64,000 bases of DNA from an uncultured Pseudomonadota bacterium (GTDB taxonomy: Bacteria > Oederibacteriota > Muellerivitia > Muellerivitales > Muellerivitaceae): the NCBI GenBank assembly GCA_963836235.1, contig CAWIIP010000004.1, forward strand, positions 640,001 through 704,000, in the 5' to 3' direction. Shown piece after piece: positions 51,566 through 60,397 of the stretch. Within the stretch, counting starts at the first letter, position 1, and each line of letters begins with the position of its first letter. The position numbers were made by a program, and so were the translations under genes. The notes under the pieces are model-generated. The model ran no database searches, was not told where the DNA came from, and worked only from the letters and a program-made list of their open reading frames with translations.

Positions 51566-52114
51566 TTGAAAAAGCTCCGGTTATTCACCTTTATTTCAGT
51601 ACTCTTTTTGGTTTTTCCCGTTGTGGGCAAAGAAGTCTCGGAATACAGCGTCAAGGCAGCTTACTTGTTTAATTTCGCTAAATTCGTTGAGTGGCCGGCC
51701 CGAACATTCATTGACGAAAAAGCTCCTTTGGTGATCGGCGTCCTTGGAGTTGATCCCTTTGGGGAGGCACTCGAGCAAGTGGTGCAGGACAAGATCATCA
51801 ATGGGCATCGCATTGAAATCCATCGATTTGATGACTTTGACCCTGATCAAACAACCGAGTTGCGCCGGTGCCAAATCCTCTTCATTGCCTATTCAGAGAA
51901 AGGCCAACTCGGCGACATCCTTAAAAGCCTTAAGGGGGCTAGCGTTTTGACGGTTTCTGAAATCGAGAATTTCCCGCTGGTGGGGGGAATGATTTTGTTT
52001 GACCAGGTCGGGAAAAAAATTAATTTAGTCGTTAATCCCGCGGTGGCCCGTATGGCGAATCTTGAAATTAGCGCGCGATTACTCCAAGTCTCCAAAATTT
52101 ATAAATCGGAGTAA
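51566..52114 (+). CDS. yfiR: YfiR-family periplasmic protein
   Basis: EYSVKAAYLFNFAKFVEWP, IGVLG.DPFG, CQILFI, LEISARLL; TTG start gives a signal peptide. Confidence 0.85.
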   Translation: MKKLRLFTFISVLFLVFPVVGKEVSEYSVKAAYLFNFAKFVEWPARTFIDEKAPLVIGVLGVDPFGEALEQVVQDKIINGHRIEIHRFDDFDPDQTTELRRCQILFIAYSEKGQLGDILKSLKGASVLTVSEIENFPLVGGMILFDQVGKKINLVVNPAVARMANLEISARLLQVSKIYKSE

Positions 52115-52117
52115 GCC

Positions 52118-53527
52118 GTGAAAAATTTCGAATTTAAGAACATGACCTTGAAGCGGAAGATTATCCTCATCGCCCTCGTTTCGACTTCCATCGCCCTTTT
52201 GATGGCAGGTACGGCGCTTTTTTTCAACGAACGCCAAAGCTTTCCCAAGGTCATGGCGCAAAACCTTACCAATCTGGCTCAAATCGTGGGGGACAATTGC
52301 ACCGCCGCACTCAGTTTTAATGACAACAAAACTGCGCAAGAGGTTATCGACACGTTGAAGTCCAATCCGCACATTCTTTCCGCGTATCTTTATGATGGCA
52401 AAGGTCAGGTGGTCGCCCAATATCTTTCGGGAAAGACAGATTCAAAGACGGAGACGCCTTCGGCACCGAGGGAGGGAATCCAGTTTTTGGGCGAGACCGT
52501 AAAACTCTCTCGATATATTCTTTTAGGACGGGAAAGATTAGGGACCCTTTATCTGGAATCGGATATGGCGGAAATGAGATCCCGGCTGACGGGTTACACC
52601 TTGATGATGGGCCTGGTTTGGTTCTTTTCGTTCCTGATTTCATTTGCGGTGGCTTCCAGGCTGCAACAGCAGGTCACAGAACCCTTACGACAGGTGGTAA
52701 ACCGGATGAAAGAAATCGCCCGAGGGGAGGGGGACCTCACCAAACGCCTCCAAGTGTTGGGCAAGGATGAAATTGGAGAAGTCGCCGAAGCTTTCAATAC
52801 CTATGTCGAAAAATTACAATCGGTGGATGAAATGAAATTGAGCCTTATTTCGGTGGTATCGCATCAATTGAAAACTCCCGTCGCCGAAATTAACGGATAC
52901 ATAGAAAACATGATGGAAGGGCTGGCGGGGGAGTTGAATCCTAAACAGAAGCAGTATTTGTCCGATATGAGGGAAATCGGCAGGGAAAACTACCGCTTGA
53001 TCTGCGATCTTCTGAGCGCCTCCAAAATCGAAAGAGGCGTTATTTCGGTGGATTTAAAGCCCGTTTCCATCAAACAGATCGCTGAGCTTTCCGTTCGGGA
53101 TTATGAGGAATCCATAGGCCGGAAGGGGCTGACCTTGATTCGGGAGGGATTTGAGAAGGATTTCAAAATTTTAGCTGACAGGGATAAGACGGTGGAAACC
53201 CTTCGAAATGTCATTAATAATGCCCTGAAGTGTACGGATACCGGGTCAATCACCATTGGGCTGGGCTGCGAAGGGGATAATGGCCTGTTGAAGGTTCGGG
53301 ATACCGGAATCGGTATGTCCGAAGAGTATCTTAGCCGGTTATTCTCCAAAAGCCGGGTGATGGGAAAAGAAGCCTCCAGGGCTGGCGCGGGTTTGGGTCT
53401 TTATATCGCTAAAAATTTCATGAAGCTCCAAGGCGGTGACGTTAGGGTCACTTCCCGATTAGGCGAAGGGAGCTGTTTTACGTTGATTGTTCCAAAGTTC
53501 AAGGACGGGGAAGGAATGAAACCATGA
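52118..53527 (+). CDS. Membrane sensor histidine kinase (YfiN-like periplasmic domain, HAMP, HisKA, HATPase)
   Basis: AALSFND periplasmic motif; GEGDLTKRL HAMP; SHQLKTP; DTGIGM; GAGLGL. Confidence 0.9.
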   Translation: MKNFEFKNMTLKRKIILIALVSTSIALLMAGTALFFNERQSFPKVMAQNLTNLAQIVGDNCTAALSFNDNKTAQEVIDTLKSNPHILSAYLYDGKGQVVAQYLSGKTDSKTETPSAPREGIQFLGETVKLSRYILLGRERLGTLYLESDMAEMRSRLTGYTLMMGLVWFFSFLISFAVASRLQQQVTEPLRQVVNRMKEIARGEGDLTKRLQVLGKDEIGEVAEAFNTYVEKLQSVDEMKLSLISVVSHQLKTPVAEINGYIENMMEGLAGELNPKQKQYLSDMREIGRENYRLICDLLSASKIERGVISVDLKPVSIKQIAELSVRDYEESIGRKGLTLIREGFEKDFKILADRDKTVETLRNVINNALKCTDTGSITIGLGCEGDNGLLKVRDTGIGMSEEYLSRLFSKSRVMGKEASRAGAGLGLYIAKNFMKLQGGDVRVTSRLGEGSCFTLIVPKFKDGEGMKP

Positions 53528-54117
53528 CTTCGAAGGGAACTGTTTTGATCGTTGAGGATCAATCGGGATTTCGGCGTATCTATGAGGACGTGCTCATGAG
53601 CGACGGTTATGAGGTTCTCATCGCGGAGGATGGCGAAAAGGGTTGGCGGCTTTCCAAAGAGAAAAAGCCCGACTTGGTTTTGCTGGATTTGGGACTGCCC
53701 AAGATGGATGGTTTTGAAGTGCTTGAACGGATGCGGGCCGATCCTGACACCAAATTCATACCGGTCATTATTTTTTCAGTGATGGGAGAGCACAAGGACA
53801 TTCAAAAGGCGCTTGAAATGGGCGCCAACGATTACACGGTGAAGGGTTTTTACACTCCTCGGCAAATCTTGAGCAAGATTAAAGATTTGATGTCCCATGT
53901 CAGGGTTCCGGAAACCCATATTGGTTTCAAAGTGGGATTTGATTCGAAGTTGTGGGATTACGGTAAACTGCAACGAGAATTCGGGTTGCCGGAAAGTAAT
54001 AAATGCCCCCATTGCGCGAGCGAGATTGTCATTGAGGTTTTACCCGATTTTGTCAGGGAGGAGGCACATTGGTTTTCCAGCCGGTGGGTCTGTTCTAAAT
54101 GTGGAAAGGCTTTTTAA
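53524..54117 (+). CDS. Response regulator with C-terminal zinc-ribbon
   Basis: IVED, LLDLGLPKMDG and YTVK receiver motifs; CPHC...CSKC. Confidence 0.85.
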   Translation: MTSKGTVLIVEDQSGFRRIYEDVLMSDGYEVLIAEDGEKGWRLSKEKKPDLVLLDLGLPKMDGFEVLERMRADPDTKFIPVIIFSVMGEHKDIQKALEMGANDYTVKGFYTPRQILSKIKDLMSHVRVPETHIGFKVGFDSKLWDYGKLQREFGLPESNKCPHCASEIVIEVLPDFVREEAHWFSSRWVCSKCGKAF

Positions 54118-54150
54118 CTTCTTGAGGTTCGGCGCTCTGGATTTTTTTTA

Positions 54151-54468
54151 TTACTTGCGGCGATCTCCGTTCGCTGGGTGCTGAGATTGCCCCTTGCGCC
54201 GGTCCTTGGAATAAAGAACAAAATTATTTCCGATTTTCCGGTAAACATCCTTGCTTTCGGCGTCCCAATAAAGGCCGTGCATAATGGGTTTTAGATGGAT
54301 GGGCATAGCCTCGAATTTGGCGCGCCGGTCTTTGGCCACGGGCTGATTCCCCCGGCGGCGATCATGAAGGACAAATGAGAACTGACCGCCCTGTTTTTTA
54401 AGAATGTGTTTTTTCACGGGATCGAAATAAAAGCTGCCGGTCAACTTGATATAGTTCGCTTCAGGCAT
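54151..54468 (-). CDS. Small hypothetical protein made of two internal repeats ending in DRR motifs
   Basis: GGAGG RBS; two units Y(F/W)D...KxGxxF...DRRxG...DRR. Confidence 0.7.
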   Translation of the reverse strand: MPEANYIKLTGSFYFDPVKKHILKKQGGQFSFVLHDRRRGNQPVAKDRRAKFEAMPIHLKPIMHGLYWDAESKDVYRKIGNNFVLYSKDRRKGQSQHPANGDRRK

Positions 54469-54712
54469 GGTTTCCTCCAGAATTTCCTGCTATTGAAAAA
54501 CATCTGGACGCGTTCGTCAAGCTTTGGGTAAAAGCGAAGATTTTCACGACCCTTTAAGCCGTTTTAACCGACAAAGGCCTCACCGCATGTTGAATAGGTG
54601 CTCCTTATCGTGATTGGAAAAAAGGAAGCCGTGCTTGAGACATAAGGTTTAAAGATTTTGAATGAATTTTGAAAAACGAGGAAAAAAGATTGAGCCTGTT
54701 TTTTGGAAAAAG

Positions 54713-55105
54713 TCAGCTTGCTTCGTTCGGCGAACCCGCTTGTTCTAGCCGTGTTTGCCAATAGACAACCTCCTGCCTTTTAAAGTCGATCAACCGATTG
54801 GCATATTGAATATCGGAAGGGGAATGCTGGGCACCTTCCAAAGACGACAGGGCGATCTCGGCTTGGTGAACTTGGGAGGACAGAAAGGCTATTTTTTGCC
54901 GATAACCAGCTAACTTTTCCTCGTCTATTTTTGATTTTTCAATCGCGGCTTGGACGTTGGCTTTGGCTGCGTTGTTTTCCGCGGTCACGATCTGATCGAT
55001 GGCCTGCTCAAAGGGGGCCAAATCACCGTCGGCGGGCGGAGTGCTTTTGGAAGGGGACGTTTGGAGGTCGGATAATAAGTTTAAAATTTCAGTTATTGCA
55101 TTCAT
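54713..55105 (-). CDS. Hypothetical helical / coiled-coil protein
   Basis: 130-aa ORF filling the intergenic gap; natural amino-acid composition. Confidence 0.55.
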   Translation of the reverse strand: MNAITEILNLLSDLQTSPSKSTPPADGDLAPFEQAIDQIVTAENNAAKANVQAAIEKSKIDEEKLAGYRQKIAFLSSQVHQAEIALSSLEGAQHSPSDIQYANRLIDFKRQEVVYWQTRLEQAGSPNEAS

Positions 55106-55205
55106 GGCTTCTTCTCACTTGTGAAACCTAACGGCAGAACCTTTCGATACTTTAGGCTCCGGTTTTTGGCTTAATTTTAGGGAGAAATGCTGGAGCTTCC
55201 CGGGG

Positions 55206-58046
55206 TTAAGGTTGGTTGTCTAGGGTTAAAAGCGCCGTATTGCCGTCATAATTTAAGAATCGGATTTTTGAGGGTTCAAACGAAAAACCGATTGGATGCT
55301 TCTTAGAAACCAAAAGCACCTGAAAAGTCCTTTTCTCCAGCATCCCTTTAAAAACGCCCTTTCGTTCACCGACCGTCAAGGTTTTGGTGGCATCATCCCA
55401 ATGAATCGGAATTTCCGAAAAGGCGCCCTTTTCATAATCGTAGGTAAGCCCGTCATCCTCGTACAAGATAAAGGCGCCGCTGGCTCCCTCGTAAACATAA
55501 AGGGTGATGGGGTCCTGGGGTTTTTCGGCGATGTATTGGAGATCGGGACCAAAGGGAAGGATGGACCCCGCCCGGACAAAGAGAGGAATGGAGTCGTAGG
55601 GAGCGGCGACTTTTAAGTCCCCGCAAGCCATGGCCTTTCCGGTCCAGAAATCGTACCAAAGGGTTTTCTCAGGAAGATAAACTCGGCGGGTTCTCGCTTT
55701 GTAGTGGGTAATGGGGGCGACTAAAAAGGCTGGTCCGAACATGTATTCGTCCGTTAATTCCCGGGCGGTTCCATCTTGGGCAAAATCCATGACCAAAGGC
55801 CGCATGAAAGTCCCGCCTTGCTTTGTGACGTTTGCGGCCACGGAATAAAGATAGGGAAACATCCGGTAGCGCAGACGGTCGAACTTGAGTTCGGCCATGT
55901 AGGTGGGGGATGACTCGCCACTCAGCTCCCACATTTCCCGGGGGCGAAGCTCCCCATGGACTCGCAGGAGCGGGCAGAAGGTGGAAAACTCGAACCAGCG
56001 GGCGTTGAGTTCCCGCCATTCCTCTTCGTCCTCCGGTTTGGGATTTTTGCGGGCGTATTTCCATTGCATGGTGTAGCCGCCAGTGTCGGTGGTCCAATAG
56101 GGGATGCCAGAGAGGCTTAAGTTAAGTCCCGCTGGGATCTGCTTGGCCAGGGAGGTCCAGGTGGAGGTGATGTCCCCGGACCAGATGGCTGAGGCGGTGC
56201 GCTGAGAGCCAGCGAAGCCGGAACGAGTGAGAATGAAAACCCGTTGATCAGGAGCAGTGGCCCTCTGCCCCGCGTAGATGCCCGTGCTGTTTTCCAACGG
56301 ATAGGCGTTTAAAACCTTGGCGCCCGGTCCCAGAGCCGTGGGGTTCAGGTGGGCCTCCTGGCCTTCCAGGGTAGGCGGGGAGGGCATCAAGTCTGGTTCG
56401 GTGGCGTCCATCCACCAGGCGTCGACGCCCTTTTGGAAGAGGGCCGAGTTGATCTGGCCCCAGAAAGCCTTGCGGGCCTTGGGATTGAAGGCATCGTAAA
56501 AGGTATAGGAGAACCCCAACCAATCCTTGATGCCTTCCTTTAGATCGGGCTGGTAGAGGAAGCCGTGGTTCTGCATGGCCCTGAAGTTGTCTGTGCCCGG
56601 GTAATATTTGCCCCAAACCGAGATCATGACGTGGGCATGTTTTTCATGGAGGGACTTCAGCCAGCCTTCGGGGTCGGGGAAGCGGTCCCGGTCGAACCGG
56701 TGGGAGCCCCAGGAGTCCTTCCGCCAGTACATCCAGTCCTGCACGATATTGTCGAAGGGGATATGGCGTTCCCGAAAACCATCCACCACGTCCAGGCTTT
56801 GTTGGGCCGTCTCGTAGCGCTGGCGCGATTGCCAAAGGCCGAAGGCCCAAGAAGGCATCAAGGGGGCTTGGCCGGTCAAGGACCGATATCCGGCTACCAC
56901 CTTGTCCAGTTCGGGCCCATAAACGAAGTAATAGTCGATTCCGTCGCCCACTTCCGACCACAGAGAAGTTTGTTGTGGTAACTCGTGTTTGTCAGTCGAT
57001 CCAAAAAAAATGGGAGGGACAAGCGGCAATTTCCAAGAAAACTTCAAAATTGTTCCTTGCTCCGTCGACCATTCGATCTTGATTGGGCGAAGTTTACCGG
57101 TTTTCATGTGAATCTTCACTTCGTCGTCTGCGGCCAGCCATTTTTGCCGCCAGTGGTCCATCACCAGATTCCCGTCGATCCAAACCTTGATGCCGCCGTT
57201 GGAGGTGCAACGGAATTGATAATCGCCGCTGGCGGGGACTTTCAGGAAGCCCTCCCATCGGGTGGGTGAGGCATGGTCGCCCCAATTCTTTCCGATGAAG
57301 GTCACACTAATATCGGCGGTAGTGGAAACGGAGGAAGAACCATCCATTGAGCTGACCGACAAGCCACCCGGATGGCCGTTTTTATCGATTAAGTATTCCG
57401 CTGGAATGGGAGCGAAGGGTCTTAAGTCCCCGAAATGGGTATAGGAAGGGTTGTCCCAGAAGATGCCGTAGCCCAGGCTCGAAACGAGGAAAGGGACGGC
57501 CACATTGGTGTTGTGCTGCCAAAGGTCCAGGTCGTAACCCTTCAAATCTAGGGTGCCGATCTGTTCCTGGCCGAGCCCGTAAAGGGATTCATTCTTGTGC
57601 GATTCCCATTGCTGGTGTGGATGGAAAGTTTTTATTCCCTGAACGGTGCCAGGCTCCAAACTACCGCCGCTTTCCGTCAGGATGGGGTTTCCGGCGGGGT
57701 CCAAGAAGCGGACTTTCCCATTGGAACGGTCGATCGAAACGGTCAGTTGGTCCCCCTGGAGATTCCAAAAGCCGGGGATGGTCTTTAGAGCCCAGTGGAC
57801 CTTGGATTGGGGACGGCCCACCACATCCAGGGTTTTACAGTTGAAGAACCGGCGGTCCTCGGCGAATTGGACGTGAACAATGGAATCGGAGAAAAACCGA
57901 ACATTTTGAAATCCACCTGGCCATTGGATAATGATGCCCTCTTCCTGTTTTTGAAGAGTGGCGGTGGTCTTGGCGGGAGATGGCCTGACAGCGGTTATCA
58001 ACAGCCATAGAGTCAGAAGCAGAAGCCGGAAAGGATGATGACGCAT
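55206..58046 (-). CDS. Secreted GH31 alpha-xylosidase-like enzyme with PA14 insert
   Basis: WWMDATEP nucleophile, WSGD acid/base, LRVHG; PA14 segment RWEGFLKVP...VWIDG. Confidence 0.9.
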   Translation of the reverse strand: MRHHPFRLLLLTLWLLITAVRPSPAKTTATLQKQEEGIIIQWPGGFQNVRFFSDSIVHVQFAEDRRFFNCKTLDVVGRPQSKVHWALKTIPGFWNLQGDQLTVSIDRSNGKVRFLDPAGNPILTESGGSLEPGTVQGIKTFHPHQQWESHKNESLYGLGQEQIGTLDLKGYDLDLWQHNTNVAVPFLVSSLGYGIFWDNPSYTHFGDLRPFAPIPAEYLIDKNGHPGGLSVSSMDGSSSVSTTADISVTFIGKNWGDHASPTRWEGFLKVPASGDYQFRCTSNGGIKVWIDGNLVMDHWRQKWLAADDEVKIHMKTGKLRPIKIEWSTEQGTILKFSWKLPLVPPIFFGSTDKHELPQQTSLWSEVGDGIDYYFVYGPELDKVVAGYRSLTGQAPLMPSWAFGLWQSRQRYETAQQSLDVVDGFRERHIPFDNIVQDWMYWRKDSWGSHRFDRDRFPDPEGWLKSLHEKHAHVMISVWGKYYPGTDNFRAMQNHGFLYQPDLKEGIKDWLGFSYTFYDAFNPKARKAFWGQINSALFQKGVDAWWMDATEPDLMPSPPTLEGQEAHLNPTALGPGAKVLNAYPLENSTGIYAGQRATAPDQRVFILTRSGFAGSQRTASAIWSGDITSTWTSLAKQIPAGLNLSLSGIPYWTTDTGGYTMQWKYARKNPKPEDEEEWRELNARWFEFSTFCPLLRVHGELRPREMWELSGESSPTYMAELKFDRLRYRMFPYLYSVAANVTKQGGTFMRPLVMDFAQDGTARELTDEYMFGPAFLVAPITHYKARTRRVYLPEKTLWYDFWTGKAMACGDLKVAAPYDSIPLFVRAGSILPFGPDLQYIAEKPQDPITLYVYEGASGAFILYEDDGLTYDYEKGAFSEIPIHWDDATKTLTVGERKGVFKGMLEKRTFQVLLVSKKHPIGFSFEPSKIRFLNYDGNTALLTLDNQP

Positions 58047-58252
58047 TGGATAACCTTTGGTGGAGGAATAACCGCTATCTTAATCCTTTCCTTCACTCGG
58101 CCCGTTCTTAAATTTCACGGGATGAAACAGGTTTAAACTGAAATCAAAATGTTTTGGACTGGAAGCGGACGACGTCAATTCCGCAGTGACCTTTGAGCCT
58201 TCCGGGACGATAATGTCCTCCTTCTTGGCGGCCTAATTCACGGGAGGCTTTC

Positions 58253-60367
58253 ATGCGTCTGGTGAAAACGCTTTTTGCGGCGGTCTTTCTTTTCTTGTCC
58301 TACAATTTCACGGTGCCAAATCAAAGCTTTGGGGAGGCGGCCTTGAAAACATTTCAAAACCCCATCTTGTCCGGATTCCATCCCGATCCGAGCATCTGCC
58401 GCAAAGGCGATGACTTTTATATCGTCAACTCCACCTTTGAGTTTTTCCCCGGGCTTCCCATATTCCATAGCCAGGACCTGGTTCATTGGACCCAAATCGG
58501 CAACGCCCTGGACCGCCCAAGCCAATTGCCCCTGAAAGGGGCCACTGATTTCGGCGGGCTTTACGCACCGACCATTCGCTGCTGGAATGGGCTCTTCTAC
58601 CTGACTTGCACCAACGTGAGCGGTGGGGGCAACTTCATCGTGACCGCCAAGGACCCGAAGGGTCCTTGGTCCGAACCGGTCTGGATGAACATCCCGGACA
58701 TCGACGGGTCCATGTTTTTCGATGACGACGGCAAGGCCTACTACACCGGCCAGGGAGGGGGCGAAAAAGCGGGGATCAAGCAATGTGAATTCGACCCGAA
58801 GACTGGGCAGTCCATCGACTCCTCTAAAGTGATCTTCAACGACCTCAATGAGTCCTGGAACGAAGGACCCCATCTTTACAAGATCAAGGGCAAGTATTTC
58901 CTGATGCTGGCCGAGGGCGGCACGGGCGACCGCCACATGGAAACCATCCACCGTTCCGATTCCCCTTGGGGGCCCTGGGAAGATTGCCCCTATAATCCCA
59001 TCCTGACCGAAAGGGACGACCCCGCGAGCCCCATCCAATGCACGGGCCATGCTGATCTGATCGAAGCCCCCGATAGAACCTGGTGGATCGTCTTTTTGGG
59101 TGTCCGGCCCCATCAAGGGAAGTCCGTTCTCGGTCGGGAAAGCTACTTGGCTCCCGTGGTCTGGACCCAGGACGGCTGGCCGGTGGTGAACGGCGACCAT
59201 CATGTCGCGTTGGAAATGGGGGCGCCCGCCCTGCCGGCCCAAAAGCCGGTGGAACCGACGACTCGTTGGGATTTCGGAAAGACCGAAAAACTGGGCCCGG
59301 AATGGCTTCGGATCCGCAACGGCGACCCCGCGGACCTGTCACTGACCGCCCGCCCCGGTTTTTTGAGGATCCTTTGCAACCCGGCCTCCTTGAGCAAAAA
59401 AATGATGGAACCGGCCTTCGTGGGCATGCGCCAACGGGATTTCCGTTTCGTGGCGACTACCTCGTTAGAGTTCCAACCTTCCCAGGATGGGGAAGAGGCG
59501 GGGCTTTGCGTCAGGTCCAATGACGATAACCATTACGAGGTCGGAGTTGAACGATCCGAGGGGAAGACCCAGGTTTTCCTTCGAAATACTCTCAAAGGAA
59601 GGTCCTATACCCTGGTCAAGAGCCCTCTTGAAAAGGGGTCCGCCTATTTACGGCTCGCGGGAGATGAGGACCAATACCAATTCGCCTGGTCAAAGGATGG
59701 GAAGACCTGGGAGTCCTTTGGGGCCTGTCCCTCCGGGGATCTGTCCAAGGAGGAAGCGGGCGGATTCACCGGAACAGTCATTGGGCTCTATGCTTCCGCC
59801 AACGGGAACCCTTCCCAGTCTTACGCGGATTTCCATTGGTTCGAGATGAAGGATGGGAAAGCCCTTGAACCGGCGGTTCTATTACCCCGTCCTACTCCGC
59901 CCCCTTTGACGCCCTCGGATACTTGGCGGATCCGGTGCGGCGGCCCCACCTGGACCGATCATGAGGGAAATAAGTGGAGTGAGGATATGGGCTTTACGAC
60001 CGGTGATACCGTCGTGGTGGGTCACCCCATTGCCACCGCGCAAGACCCCGAGCTTTACGCCACCGAGAGATGGGCTCCTGAGTTCAGCTATCGCCTCCCG
60101 GTTCCCGCGGGCAAGTACAAGGTCACCCTGAAATTCGCTGAATCCTACGTAAAAAATCCGGGGGAACGGGTCTTTGATGTCCTTTTAAATGGCAACCGAG
60201 TCCTCGACCATTTCGATATCCTTAAAGAGGCCGGAGGAATGGACAAGGGCATCGAACGGAGCTTCTCCGGCATCCAAATGGACTTGCCGGGCATCCTCGA
60301 GGTGCGGTTCAAGGCCCGGGTCCAGAATGCCAAGGTCTGCGCCATTGAAGTTGTCCGGCAGAAGTGA
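58253..60367 (+). CDS. GH43 beta-xylosidase/arabinofuranosidase with C-terminal malectin domain, copy 1
   Basis: HPDPS, IDGS, NEGPHLY, GHAD, GGFTG; malectin motif LKFAE...RVFDV. Confidence 0.9.
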   Translation: MRLVKTLFAAVFLFLSYNFTVPNQSFGEAALKTFQNPILSGFHPDPSICRKGDDFYIVNSTFEFFPGLPIFHSQDLVHWTQIGNALDRPSQLPLKGATDFGGLYAPTIRCWNGLFYLTCTNVSGGGNFIVTAKDPKGPWSEPVWMNIPDIDGSMFFDDDGKAYYTGQGGGEKAGIKQCEFDPKTGQSIDSSKVIFNDLNESWNEGPHLYKIKGKYFLMLAEGGTGDRHMETIHRSDSPWGPWEDCPYNPILTERDDPASPIQCTGHADLIEAPDRTWWIVFLGVRPHQGKSVLGRESYLAPVVWTQDGWPVVNGDHHVALEMGAPALPAQKPVEPTTRWDFGKTEKLGPEWLRIRNGDPADLSLTARPGFLRILCNPASLSKKMMEPAFVGMRQRDFRFVATTSLEFQPSQDGEEAGLCVRSNDDNHYEVGVERSEGKTQVFLRNTLKGRSYTLVKSPLEKGSAYLRLAGDEDQYQFAWSKDGKTWESFGACPSGDLSKEEAGGFTGTVIGLYASANGNPSQSYADFHWFEMKDGKALEPAVLLPRPTPPPLTPSDTWRIRCGGPTWTDHEGNKWSEDMGFTTGDTVVVGHPIATAQDPELYATERWAPEFSYRLPVPAGKYKVTLKFAESYVKNPGERVFDVLLNGNRVLDHFDILKEAGGMDKGIERSFSGIQMDLPGILEVRFKARVQNAKVCAIEVVRQK

Positions 60368-60397
60368 GCAAAACCCAATGGTCCTGAAGGTTCACGT

